The notes under the pieces: generated by a model
The model's input: the letters and a program-made list of their open reading frames with translations, nothing else
The model's database searches: none
Told to the model about the DNA's origin: nothing
DNA from: Candidatus Eremiobacteria bacterium
GTDB taxonomy: Bacteria > Vulcanimicrobiota > Vulcanimicrobiia > Vulcanimicrobiales > Vulcanimicrobiaceae
Reading direction: 5' to 3'
Assembly: GCA_963758295.1 (NCBI GenBank)
Contig: CAVWUU010000004.1
Span: 992,001 to 1,056,000 of the forward strand
DNA: 64,000 nt
Shown here: positions 29,985-39,980 of the stretch, piece after piece
Layout: every line of letters begins with the position of its first letter
Numbering within the stretch: the stretch's first letter is position 1
Translations under genes and position numbers: made by a program

Positions 29985-30243
29985 TTAGGGCTTCGCGGTC
30001 GGTTTCGGCGACGCCGTCATGTGACTGCTCTTCATGGAATTGGACTTCATCGAATTGGACTTCATCGAGTTCGTTCATATTGCTGCTTTTCGTGTGTGAA
30101 TTCTTCATCGATGACTTCATCGAACTCGAATGCATCGCTCCGCCGCTCGGTTGGGGCGATGCTTTTGTCATCTCCTGAGCGCCCGCGGCGGCAGCGCTCG
30201 ATGCGGCAAGAACTACGGCGAGAAAGACGCGGGGGAAGCGCAT
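29985..30243 (-). CDS. Small secreted Met/Ser/Lys-rich pentapeptide-repeat protein; +1 frameshift near 30073
   Basis: Signal peptide then MHSSSMKSSMKNSHTKSSN. Removing one base gives MKNSMKSNSMKSNSMKSSHMTASPKPTAKP* and removes the overlap with acs. Confidence 0.65.
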
Positions 30244-30308
30244 TTAAAATACCTCGGAAGAATGTAGGTGTATTTTGCATACGCCGGCCGGCCGGCATCG
30301 GATGAGTC

Positions 30309-31328
30309 TTAGTTTGGCGCCTCGCTGGGGGCGACTTTTCCGGAAAGAATATCCCGTACGGCCAGGGGCGGATAGCCGACCGTTTCGTTGAGGGAATCTT
30401 CCCACGCGAGCGTGATGAGATCGCGAAACTGCGCCGCGCCGCGCGCCAACTGGCGATCCGTAAAGGTGACGGCATCGCTCTTGCCGGCGTCGAAAGCGCC
30501 GGCGGCGTACAGACGATATAACGGGTCGACTTGCGCGGCCGTTTCTGCGATGTAGGCGCCGACCATTTTCCCAATCGCTTCCTGCGAAAGCGCGGCTTGC
30601 GGCGCTGCTACGTTGGACGGCTGCATCATTCGCTCGACGTCGGCCGCGCGCGCATACTTGTTCACGAAGTCCGTCTCGAAGAACGCGTGAATGTGGTTCT
30701 GCGTGAAATTATTCGGGTTCGGATAGTTGCCCCACCCGTTGAAGTGAATCGAGATGTGCAGCGGCTGGCTTGCGTCCCCTACGAAATGTCCCCAATCGCC
30801 GATATCGCGCAACGTGAGCGTTTCGCGAAAAGCCCGCTCACCGGCGAAATGCGCCTTCATCTCCGAAGTCGCGGCATGCGCCGCGAGGTAATCGTCGACG
30901 CGCCAGTACGCCAGGTCCTTACGCACGCGTTCGAAGCCGTCCATGATGGCATACGGGACAAAGCCTTGTTTGTACGGCGTCGTCCCCGCCTTCGCAAGTG
31001 CATCCGCGTAGTCCGCCATGTTCTTCGGCAGTCGATCCAGATGCACGACGCCGGCGATCGTTCCGTCATCGGCAAGGTCCAAGAAGTGGCCTTCGTCGTT
31101 GTCGCCGTCCCACGAATCGCCCGCGCCCTTGATACGATCTTCTTCCGGTCCGAGCGTCGCAAGTTCATCGACGGCGCTCGCGGATCGTAAAAACGCCGGC
31201 ACGGATGCCGGCAGCGTTTGCGCTCCAAGACGGTTGATCATGGTATGGCCGGTACTTCCCCACGCCAGCGCTTGAGCCGGCAACAGCGCGACTAGCGCGA
31301 GGGTGGCTAAAAGCGGACGAGCCGTCAC
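30309..31328 (-). CDS. Secreted S1/P1-family zinc nuclease
   Basis: Signal peptide ending ALA-WGSTGH; HFLD; HFVGDASQPLH; IHAFFE. Confidence 0.8.
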   Translation of the reverse strand: MTARPLLATLALVALLPAQALAWGSTGHTMINRLGAQTLPASVPAFLRSASAVDELATLGPEEDRIKGAGDSWDGDNDEGHFLDLADDGTIAGVVHLDRLPKNMADYADALAKAGTTPYKQGFVPYAIMDGFERVRKDLAYWRVDDYLAAHAATSEMKAHFAGERAFRETLTLRDIGDWGHFVGDASQPLHISIHFNGWGNYPNPNNFTQNHIHAFFETDFVNKYARAADVERMMQPSNVAAPQAALSQEAIGKMVGAYIAETAAQVDPLYRLYAAGAFDAGKSDAVTFTDRQLARGAAQFRDLITLAWEDSLNETVGYPPLAVRDILSGKVAPSEAPN

Positions 31329-33226
31329 GAAAAAAACTCCGTTAATTCATCGAGATGCGTGATCCGCGTTGCCGGCGGCAAAGCCTTGAGAATCTTTGCC
31401 CCATAGCGCGTAGACGCGGCGCGCCCATCTAAGAGCGCGACGACACCTTTGTCGGCGGTGCTTCGAATCAAACGCCCGAAACCTTGTTTCAGTCGCACGA
31501 TCGCGGCCGGAATCATGTAGTTCTCGAACCCGTCCGCGCCACGCGCCTCGAGCGAACGAATCCGTGCTGCTACGAGCGGATCGGCGGGCGATGGAAACGG
31601 CAGCCGGTCGATGATTACGCACGAGAGCGCCTCGCCCGCGACGTCGATGCCTTCCCAAAACGTTCCGGTTGCGAAAAGTACGGCATTCGGCGTGGTGCGA
31701 AACCATTGCAGCAAATGCGCGCGGGGCATCTCGCCTTGCAACTTAATGGGAAACGGCACGCGCTCGCGCACAAGCGCGTACACTTCGCGCAGTCGCGCGT
31801 ACGAGGTAAACAGGACGAACGCCCTTCCGCGCGAGCGATCGAGGCACTCCTCGACGATTGGCGCGGCGCGACGCGAAAAATCGTCGGATTTCGGATTGAG
31901 TTGCGGCGGTGCAATGTAGAGCCGCGCCTGCCGGTGGTAATCGAACGGGGACGGCGCCACCAATTCTTGTGCGTCTTCGATTCCGAGCGAGCGTTTGAGA
32001 AACTCGAAGCTATCGCCCTGCGCGGAAATCGTGGCGCTCGTAAGAATGACGCTTTGGGTTTGCGTGAACAGCGTCGCGCGCAAGAACTCAGCCACGTCGT
32101 AGGGCGCGCAATTTACTTCGTAGCGGCCGTCCCCGTCGCTGCGCTCCACCCACGCGATCGCTTCGTCGGCCGGTGCCTGTGCGCGATCGATCGCCGCTTC
32201 GTGTGCCAGGATTCCGCGCATGGCGAGGTCGCGCCGGCGCTCCGCTTCCGCGTCGTTTTCCGGCCGGCGTTTTAATGCGGAATGCCAGTTCGCGAAGAGC
32301 CAGTTTTCCAGCTTGTAAATCGTCGACCGCAAACCTTCCAGCGCCGGCTGCGCGTCCTCATTGGCGGAGAGCAGATATCGGTCGCCGGGAACTCGCGCGA
32401 GCGTCGACTCAAGGCCGCGCATGCCGCCGTCGATTTCGCTATCGAACATCGCGGGGACGTTGTACGTACGATGCAGCTTGCGCATCATGCGTCCGAGCGT
32501 GGATCGCGATAACGTCGCGGTTAGCGCGTCGGTTGCCCAGCGTTCGGCTTGATGCGCTTCGTCGAGAATCGCAACGTCATACGGCGGCAGCAAGCCGCCA
32601 CCCATAGAAAGGTCGAGGAAAAACAGCGCGTGGTTGACGACGACGATATCCGCGAACTTCGCCTCGTCGCGCTTCTTGAAAAAGAAACAATCGCGAAAAC
32701 GCTCGCAGAATTCGCCGACGCAATCGTCGGCGTCGGCGTCGAGCTGTTCCCATTCGTCGCCGCTTGGAAGAAACGGCAACTCGGCGCGATCGCCCGTTTG
32801 GGTTCGCGCGCCCCACTCCCACATCTCTTGCATCGTGCGCGATCCGGCAACGAGCCGCTCGGAACGCATCCGCTCGTATTTCTGCCTGCACAGATAGTGG
32901 CCGCGGCCCTTGAGCAACGTAACGCGCAGCGGAATGCCGAGCGCGCGCTGCACGAGCGGCAAATCTTTTCGGACGAGCTGTTCTTGCAGCGCGATGGTGC
33001 CCGTGGAAAGCACGATCTTCTTCCCGCTGCGAATCGCGGGAATTAAATATGCGAGCGATTTGCCGACGCCCGTCCCGGCCTCGACGATCGTGTGCATGCC
33101 TTCAAGGATGCCGCGCTCGACAAGCTGCGCCATTTGCACCTGTCCGGGGCGCGCTTCAAATCCCGGAAGCGCACGCGCAATTGGCCCGTCGGTGGCGAAG
33201 ACGTCCTCGATGGTGGTGCGGTTCAT
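31325..33226 (-). CDS. DinG/YoaA-family Fe-S ATP-dependent DNA helicase
   Basis: RPGQ, EAGTGVGKS, YLC..C..C..C, DEAH, FWEGID, KQGFGRLIR. Confidence 0.93.
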   Translation of the reverse strand: MNRTTIEDVFATDGPIARALPGFEARPGQVQMAQLVERGILEGMHTIVEAGTGVGKSLAYLIPAIRSGKKIVLSTGTIALQEQLVRKDLPLVQRALGIPLRVTLLKGRGHYLCRQKYERMRSERLVAGSRTMQEMWEWGARTQTGDRAELPFLPSGDEWEQLDADADDCVGEFCERFRDCFFFKKRDEAKFADIVVVNHALFFLDLSMGGGLLPPYDVAILDEAHQAERWATDALTATLSRSTLGRMMRKLHRTYNVPAMFDSEIDGGMRGLESTLARVPGDRYLLSANEDAQPALEGLRSTIYKLENWLFANWHSALKRRPENDAEAERRRDLAMRGILAHEAAIDRAQAPADEAIAWVERSDGDGRYEVNCAPYDVAEFLRATLFTQTQSVILTSATISAQGDSFEFLKRSLGIEDAQELVAPSPFDYHRQARLYIAPPQLNPKSDDFSRRAAPIVEECLDRSRGRAFVLFTSYARLREVYALVRERVPFPIKLQGEMPRAHLLQWFRTTPNAVLFATGTFWEGIDVAGEALSCVIIDRLPFPSPADPLVAARIRSLEARGADGFENYMIPAAIVRLKQGFGRLIRSTADKGVVALLDGRAASTRYGAKILKALPPATRITHLDELTEFFS

Positions 33227-33882
33227 TGTTGGAGTGAAGACGGGGGAGCCTGATACTCCGTTTCAAATTCGTCGCCCGTCCTGGCATCGGTAACAACCGG
33301 CTGCACGCGCCGGGGCGGAAAATAAATCAAAAAGGTAACGACGAACCCCGCGATCAGTCCAGCGACGTGCGCCGATTTCGAAATCGCCGAAATCGTAAAC
33401 GTCATGATCAAGTTGATGACCAGAATGCCCAGATTATCGCGCACCAGTTGCATGCCCGGCTTCCCGAGTTTGAACCCAATTGCAAAAAGCGCGCCAAAGA
33501 GTCCGAAAATGGCACCGCTCGCACCAAGCGTAGGCGTGCCGGGCGCGCTGAAATAGATGACGCCAAGACCCGACACGACGAGCGAGAGCATGTAGATAAT
33601 GAACATGCGCACCGAGCCGGCCATCGTTTCGATGAACTGGCCGAGCACCCACAGCGAGAACATGTTCACCAAGATGTGAAGCAACCCGGCGTGCAAAAAC
33701 GCACTCGTGAGGATGCGCCACCACTGATGGTATTGCAGCGCTGCGGCCGGCCAAAGGGCGCCGCTTTGCAGCACCGCGTCGAGGTTTCCGCCGCCGAACC
33801 CGCTGAGCATACCGGGCCCGGCAACGTAGATTTCCCACACGAACGCGATAACGTTAGCAAAGATGAGCAAGCGCGTGATCAT
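33223..33882 (-). CDS. Rhomboid intramembrane serine protease
   Basis: WWR, FLH..HILVNM, GASGA, AHVAG; ATG overlapping upstream stop. Confidence 0.92.
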   Translation of the reverse strand: MITRLLIFANVIAFVWEIYVAGPGMLSGFGGGNLDAVLQSGALWPAAALQYHQWWRILTSAFLHAGLLHILVNMFSLWVLGQFIETMAGSVRMFIIYMLSLVVSGLGVIYFSAPGTPTLGASGAIFGLFGALFAIGFKLGKPGMQLVRDNLGILVINLIMTFTISAISKSAHVAGLIAGFVVTFLIYFPPRRVQPVVTDARTGDEFETEYQAPPSSLQQ

Positions 33883-34547
33883 GACGCGGTTACCGTCACC
33901 ATCCCGGCGAGTTCGAGCGAAATCGGATGGCGCGCGCCGTTCAGTTCGATCGTGACCGGCCCGCCGAGCGGTGCCTTTTGCGCGACGGCCAGACGCGCAC
34001 CCGGGCGCAGACCGATTTCGGCGAGATAGCGAAGAATTTCGGGCAGCTCTTCCGTAACGCTCACGACGCTGACGCGGCTGCCGACCGGCATCTGCGCAAG
34101 CGGTTCTCCACTGAGTACCGGATCGCTCAAGTCGGCAGGCGGAATCGGCTGTCCATGCGGACAGGTCGTGGGCCGTTCCAGGAGCGCGACGAGCCGTTCT
34201 TCGACTCGATCGGAAATGGCGTGTTCCAACATGCAAGCTTCGGCGTGTACTTCATCCCAGGGCATGCCGAGCACATCCGTTAGGAGCCGCTCGGCCAAAC
34301 GATGACGGCGTAGCACGCGCACCGCAACTTCTAAGCCGGCGGTGGTCAATTTTACTTCGCCGCGCGCCACTTGTTGCACGTAACCGTCTTTCGCCAACTT
34401 CTTCAGCATGCCGGAAACGGAGGCGGGCGCCACGCCAAGAGAAGACGCGAGGCCCGAAGTCGTTACGCCCGGACCTTCTTTCTCCAAACGATAGACGGCC
34501 TCGAGATACTCCTCGATGGACTCGGCAAAATGGCTATGCCCCGACAT
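33879..34547 (-). CDS. DtxR/MntR/IdeR metal-dependent repressor with FeoA domain
   Basis: EEYLEAVY, RRHRLAE, EACMLEH, CPHGQPIP. Confidence 0.93.
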   Translation of the reverse strand: MSGHSHFAESIEEYLEAVYRLEKEGPGVTTSGLASSLGVAPASVSGMLKKLAKDGYVQQVARGEVKLTTAGLEVAVRVLRRHRLAERLLTDVLGMPWDEVHAEACMLEHAISDRVEERLVALLERPTTCPHGQPIPPADLSDPVLSGEPLAQMPVGSRVSVVSVTEELPEILRYLAEIGLRPGARLAVAQKAPLGGPVTIELNGARHPISLELAGMVTVTAS

Positions 34548-35592
34548 CGGCCTTTTCGTTCGCGTTTGCGGCGCGCAGTTCCGCGCTCACCCGCTCGCGG
34601 AGCGCTTGCTTAGCGGGACGATCCAAGAACGACGCGTCCACCGCGTTTCGGATGAAGCGTTCGAGAGCCGCCGTCCCGGCGTGGCGGGCGACGTACAAGT
34701 ACTCCTTGGTGATCGACGTTTCGAACAGCGTTGGATCGTCGGCATCGATCGTCACGGGAATGCCGGCCGCGTCAAGGGCGTGCAAAGGATGCGCTTCTTC
34801 GCGCCGCGCCGCGCCGGTTAGGAAATTCGACGTCGGGCAAACTTCGAGCGCAATTTTGCGCTGTGCCAGCGCGTGCATGAGCTCGGGATCTTCCAGCGCG
34901 CGCACGCCGTGGCCAATGCGTTCGGCCTTCAATACGTCGATCGCCGCACGAACGCTTTCTGCGCCCGCGGCTTCGCCGGCATGCGCAACGCCGTGCAAGC
35001 CGCGTGAACGTGCAAACGCAAAGACGTCTTCAAATAATTCAGCGGGAAAGCGCGTCTCATCGCCGCCGAGCCCGATGCCCACAACGCCACAGCCGGTGAG
35101 GTTCGCCGCGATTTGCGCGGTCCTCATCGCGGACTCCGCTCCAAAATTGCGCGTTACGTCCAGAATCAGTCGAAACGTGTCGCCGCATTCTTCATGCAAG
35201 GTGGCCGCGATCGCACGCACCGTTTCCGGTACGTCGAGGCCGGGATGGAAAAACGCCCAAACCGACGGCGAAACAAACAGTTCCCCATAGACGACGTTTT
35301 GGGCGACTGCATCGCGCGCAAACTCGCGAGCGAGACGCACGTAGTCCGCCGGCTGCGCCAGTGCGCGGCTCACCGCTGCGAACGTCAGTAAAAATTCACG
35401 AAAATCCGCGAAGTGATAGACGTGCTGCGGATCGCGCGGCCCGGCCACTTCCTCGCCGGGTCGGTATCGGGTGGAAATGCCGTAACGCTCCGTCAGTTCG
35501 AGAAAAGTCTCAGCACGAAGGGCGCCTTCCAGGTGGCAGTGCAGGTGGATTTTGGGTAAGCGCTCGACATGGCGCGCTAAATCGTCCATCAT
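34534..35592 (-). CDS. add: Adenosine/adenine deaminase
   Basis: LHCHLEG, HAGE, RIGHG, CPTSN, DDP. Confidence 0.9.
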   Translation of the reverse strand: MMDDLARHVERLPKIHLHCHLEGALRAETFLELTERYGISTRYRPGEEVAGPRDPQHVYHFADFREFLLTFAAVSRALAQPADYVRLAREFARDAVAQNVVYGELFVSPSVWAFFHPGLDVPETVRAIAATLHEECGDTFRLILDVTRNFGAESAMRTAQIAANLTGCGVVGIGLGGDETRFPAELFEDVFAFARSRGLHGVAHAGEAAGAESVRAAIDVLKAERIGHGVRALEDPELMHALAQRKIALEVCPTSNFLTGAARREEAHPLHALDAAGIPVTIDADDPTLFETSITKEYLYVARHAGTAALERFIRNAVDASFLDRPAKQALRERVSAELRAANANEKADVGA

Positions 35593-35646
35593 ACGTGTTG
35601 TTCGGAAGGAAAGGCGCCAAGCCCGCCGTACTTACGTCACTCGCGT

Positions 35647-35723
<77 letters not shown>

Positions 35724-35728
35724 AGGCA

Positions 35729-35774
35729 AGAAAGCCCCTTGAAAACGCTTGTTTACGAGGGGCTTTCTGTTTTT
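35729..35774 (+). terminator. Hairpin/terminator after tRNA
   Basis: AGAAAGCCCC...GGGGCTTTCT followed by T-run. Confidence 0.7.
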
Positions 35775-35855
35775 GGCCCTGGCTTCCAATCACGAACAAG
35801 ATTGGACACTCATTCAATGTCGCGCTACCGCTCCGAACGATTTGCAGGTTCCCTT

Positions 35856-35981
35856 ATGAACGGACTAATGTCGGTTCCCAACGTCGTTAAGGAGTTTCTA
35901 CTTCACCATGAACGCGACGATGATAGTCCCCGTTACATCGTCGAGCTGCGATCATATCTGCATCGGCAGCCGACCTCGTAA
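35856..35981 (+). pseudogene. Possible remnant of tyrosine-integrase N-terminal (SAM-like) domain
   Basis: VVKEFLLHHERDDDSPRYIVELRSYL resembles integrase core-binding helix pattern; truncated, next to tRNA. Confidence 0.3.
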
Positions 35982-36207
35982 TTGGAAACCGCTCCTTCAA
36001 TGGTGCGGAATCACTGTCGCCCTACAACGTCCACGAGCCAACCCGTGGCCTCCCAGCCCCCTCGGTGATCTCTCACCCAACAACTACGAGCGCCGGATCA
36101 TTCATGCGGCGTCATGTCCGACGTGCAATCGTCCACGGAATCGAGCTTTATTTCTAGTCACATTTTGTTGGAGCACCGGCTGCAACGTTGGACCAATCTT
36201 CCCCGAG

Positions 36208-36690
36208 CTACATTTTCATATCGCAATGCTTGTGCGTGGAGCCGTGGTCGGTCGCTTGAGCGGCCAGCCACCGATGAATCGATCCGATTGCTACGGGGTC
36301 TGTCGATATGAATGTGATCTTGGCCCCCATTGGAGTCGTGGAGTAGCGGACAGCCACTAGATCGCCCTCCATTCCACGTAGTCCAGGCATCGCCGCACCA
36401 TGGATGTAGGTCGGGTCAGAGTAATCACCCGTCGCAAAAAGCCGCGCCTCGCTACGCAGGTGCGCACGCACCAGCGCGATCTGCGCTGAATCCATATTGT
36501 GCACCATTACCTCCAGTGTTCCGCCCGATGCGTTTGGGGTGAACATGTGCATGGCCACGCTTTGATCGAACGGCATTACTTGGGCGCCATGGGACATCAC
36601 CATCTTATGGTGGTCCATCGCTTGATCTGCGCGTGCCGGGATAGCTAGCGCGGTGGCGAGCATCATCGCAAGAGCAAACCTAGTCTTCAT
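36208..36690 (-). CDS. Secreted His/Met-rich conserved hypothetical protein (possible metal binding)
   Basis: Signal peptide; MDHHKMVMSH, GAQVMPFD, GDYSDPTYIHGAAMPGL, HKHCDMKM. Confidence 0.75.
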   Translation of the reverse strand: MKTRFALAMMLATALAIPARADQAMDHHKMVMSHGAQVMPFDQSVAMHMFTPNASGGTLEVMVHNMDSAQIALVRAHLRSEARLFATGDYSDPTYIHGAAMPGLRGMEGDLVAVRYSTTPMGAKITFISTDPVAIGSIHRWLAAQATDHGSTHKHCDMKM

Positions 36691-37135
36691 TCAACACCTC
36701 GGACAGAAGCGAAAGTGATTCTAATACGGCTGCACGGCGATTGGGCGGGATCGCGTCAAACACACGGCTGAACTTGGCCGCGCGCGATTTCGCGAGGTTG
36801 CCGGCGACTCGCGCGCCCAGTGCCGTAAGGCGTAGTCGCACGACGCGCGAATCATCCGGATCGCGCTTACGCTCTACCCATTCACGTTTTTCGAGAGCGG
36901 TTACGATACGGCTTATGGTGCTCTTTTCCAAACGCAGCTTGGACGCGAGACCGCTCTGAGAAATCAACGGTTCACGCGATAGTTCTTGAATCGCCTGCGC
37001 TTCCGCAACCGAAATCGGCTGGCCGCACGGCGTCTGATCCGGACGATGCAACCCAAGAGCTCGGATTAACGAAACGATCTCATCCTGGAACGAAATTGAT
37101 TGCGCGAGCGGTGCTTTTTTAGTTGCTATCCTCAA
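36680..37135 (-). CDS. MarR-family regulator with TPCG motif (start uncertain)
   Basis: LEKSTISRIVTALEKREWVERKRDPDDSRVVRLRLTALG. Confidence 0.88.
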   Translation of the reverse strand: MRIATKKAPLAQSISFQDEIVSLIRALGLHRPDQTPCGQPISVAEAQAIQELSREPLISQSGLASKLRLEKSTISRIVTALEKREWVERKRDPDDSRVVRLRLTALGARVAGNLAKSRAAKFSRVFDAIPPNRRAAVLESLSLLSEVLNED

Positions 37136-37153
37136 CAGTTGTATAGTACAACT
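37121..37153. promoter_or_regulatory. Tandem palindromic MarR operator
   Basis: AGTTGTA-TAG-TACAACT (37137-37153) and degenerate AGTTGCT-ATC-CTCAACA (37121-37137). Confidence 0.65.
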
Positions 37154-37272
37154 ATTTGGAAGGTCCGTCAATCCCGAAACGCGACTTCATGTTACAGCAG
37201 TCTACGACTTTACGGCCGGATGAAACCTTGCCGGAGTTCGCGTACGTCCTGCGATCCTATCGCGCCGTTACA

Positions 37273-39164
37273 TCACGGCAAGACGTGAATCGACACGGCC
37301 ACCACGTTGGGAACCGCCGGATCCGGAATGAATTGCAGTTGCAACTCGCCCGGCGACTCGGGAGTGAACGTAAAGTCGCGCGTCTCCCCTATCGTGATCG
37401 TTTTAACGGCGGATTCGGGTTTCTGGAGGTTTTCCGGGAGATCGGCGCCGTCCACCGCGAGCGGCGACCAGCGCACGATGGAGTTCGCTTGCACCAGCGA
37501 CACCGTCGCATTGGTCCAAAACGTCGTCATGTTGATTAACCGCACGCGTTGAAGCACTCCCGCGCGAACCGTGATCGCCGGCGGCGACGCAGTTCCGTTG
37601 ACGAAGATCTGGGTGAACGCGTTATCCAATGTGTGGGTTGTCGTAATCGTAAAGACGTGATCGGTGCTCGGATCGTACTTGGCACCGGGGTCCAACACGA
37701 TGAGCGGTCCCGCGAGTCCCGCGCGCAGTTGCCAGATGTCGTCCATGTGCGTGTGGTAGATGAATGTTCCGGCGCGCACGGGCGTCACGCGTGCTTCGAA
37801 TGTTTGCCCGGAATCGATCATTGGGGCAATGCGATTACCGGAACCGCTGTAGCCCGCGACACCGTCGTAATAGCTGTCGGCCAATTCCACGCCGTGCCAG
37901 TGCACCGCAGTCGGTTCGTTCAGGCGATTCGTCACGTCGATCGCATACGAAACGCCGCGCGTCAAAATCATCGGCGGCCCAATCGCCGTATCCGGAACTT
38001 CGGGATCATCTCCTTGGCTGACGACGTATCGAAATGAGGGCGCATCGGCGCGATCGTCCGAACCAGGTTCCACTGTTAGGTGGATGTGTTGCACCGGCGT
38101 ACTCGTCGCGACTTGGGGCATCGTTCCACGGACGGTGAACCCGAGGATCAAACCGCCCATTCCGGCATGGCGAACGAACTTCGACTCATAAGCATCGTCA
38201 CTCATCGGCGTCTTTGCGAGCATGGCGCTGACAGGCATGTGCCCCACGATGTGATACGCCAGATGACAGTGAAAGAGCCAGTTTCCCGGCCGATCGCCCT
38301 TCCACTTCATTGCAAAAGTGCCGCCTGGTTCAACCAGCTCAGTAACCTGCCGGTTCTGCTGTGCCTGCGGGTACAGCGTATCTGCGAGGCCGTCGCCGCG
38401 AGAAGTCACGGCAAAGTAGAAGCCGTGTAAGTGAAGCGGATGCCCGCCGAGCGCCGGATTTATCAGCGCCAGCGGACCGTTTCGTTTTTCGCATAGGAAA
38501 GGCGTTCCGTATACGGCCATGCGCGGCCGTTGATCACATCAAGCTCGTAATTGAAATTCGGGCTCCCGTCCTTATTGCGAACGTTGATCCATTGCCCAAT
38601 CACAAATACGCGATCGGCGGGAGCTTTACGCTCGTTCGCCGGATCGACAATGAGCGCGCCGCTCAACTGTGAATCGTTACCAAAGCGGCTTGGCAACGGC
38701 TTACCGCTGGTATCCCCCCAGTAGTAGTACGTGCCGGCAGCGCCCGCGCGAAACCGTATCGTCGCCGACTTTCCGTATGGAATGCGCACCGGACGATCGA
38801 AGTCACCCGGCCGGTCTATCATGCCGTGCATCGTTAGAACGGATCGCGAAATCGAATTTCGTACGGTCGCGATGACGACGGTGCCAGACCGTACGCGGAT
38901 CATCGGCCCAGGGATCTGCGGGCTTTTTCCGGCGATTCCAAAAGTTTCAATCGGGACGCCGGGATTGGAGTCGCCGTCGGGATGCCACACGGCCCATCGC
39001 GCATCAAGGGCGACGTGAAGCGATGAGCCGGTCAGCGCGCCGGACGGGACGCGATTGTCGTTACTCCGCGCGTTCGGCAGACTCGGCGCATTCGATGCGC
39101 GGGCGTGCATTCCGACAACGCACGCCAAAACCACGAAGAGAAATGCAAACCGGAGTAGGCGCAT
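37273..39164 (-). CDS. Secreted multicopper oxidase, four cupredoxin domains; -1 frameshift near 38465
   Basis: HPLHLHG, WLFHCHLAYH, VHWHG, FIYHTH; two ORFs join at VRWR/LINP. Confidence 0.85.
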
Positions 39165-39334
39165 AGCTCACCTCAATAGGCGGCACACCCTCCCCTAGGA
39201 CTTCCTCAGTGTAGCGCCGCGATTGGGTCGCGTCTATCGTAGCCAGCCGGATACTTGGTCATTATTCCGCGCCTTCGCGGCGGCATCGCTTAGCGATGAT
39301 GCTTGAGCTCATGGAGTTCCGCCTTGGTGAGATA

Positions 39335-39365
39335 CGCCTGTCCTTCGACAAGGCTCCGAATGACG
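39335..39365 (+). repeat. Degenerate REP-like element, copy of 61636-61666
   Basis: CGCCTGTCCTTCGACAAGGCTCCGAATGACG vs CGCCTGTCCTTCGACAAGCTCAGGATGACG. Confidence 0.7.
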
Positions 39366-39398
39366 CGCCGGCTGACCATGACGCGGTGTGGTGCGGGC

Positions 39399-39977
39399 TT
39401 ACGATGACGGGGGATCGGTGCGCTCGTAGAAACACCTTGCGCACATTGGGTCGTAGTGGACGGCGCCTTCTATGGCAACCTGGTCGCCGGTGCGAATGCG
39501 GCGTCCATTCGCATCGAAACGTGGATTCATCGTCGCCTTGCGACCGCACGAACAGATGTTTTTTAACTCTTCGAGGCTGTCGGCGAGGGTCAGAAGATAG
39601 ACCGATCCGGGGAAAGGATCGCCCAGAAAATCGCTCCGAATGCCGTAACAGATTACAGGAATCCCGAGAACGTGCGCACCGCGATGCAAATCGCGCACCT
39701 GCTCGGGCGTTAAGAACTGCGCCTCGTCGATCAACACGCACGAGACCTCCTCCATGCCGGCCATTTCATCGAAGAATTTTGTTGCTTCGGTGAATGTTTT
39801 CGCGTGGCGCTGCGGGCCGATGCGAGACGTGACGACGCCTTCGCCAAAACGGCGATCGATCGCCGCGGTGTATAACACGACGCGGCGACCGTTCTCCTCG
39901 TAGTTGTGCGCCACTTGAATGAGCGCCGTTGACTTCCCAGCGTTCATTGCCGAGTAGCGGAAGTATAGTTTGGCCAT
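39399..39977 (-). CDS. tdk: Thymidine kinase
   Basis: MAKLYFRYSAMNAGKST, DEAQFL, CxCG..C..C. Confidence 0.96.
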   Translation of the reverse strand: MAKLYFRYSAMNAGKSTALIQVAHNYEENGRRVVLYTAAIDRRFGEGVVTSRIGPQRHAKTFTEATKFFDEMAGMEEVSCVLIDEAQFLTPEQVRDLHRGAHVLGIPVICYGIRSDFLGDPFPGSVYLLTLADSLEELKNICSCGRKATMNPRFDANGRRIRTGDQVAIEGAVHYDPMCARCFYERTDPPSS

Positions 39978-39980
39978 CCG

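Noticed and set aside
33883..34236. Extended rhomboid N-terminus
   Set aside because: Alternate frame over dtxR; ATG at 33882 coupled to the dtxR stop is the plausible start.
35724..39400. Intact prophage/ICE with attL/attR
   Set aside because: No complete integrase, no phage or conjugation genes, and no repeat of the tRNA 3' end found.
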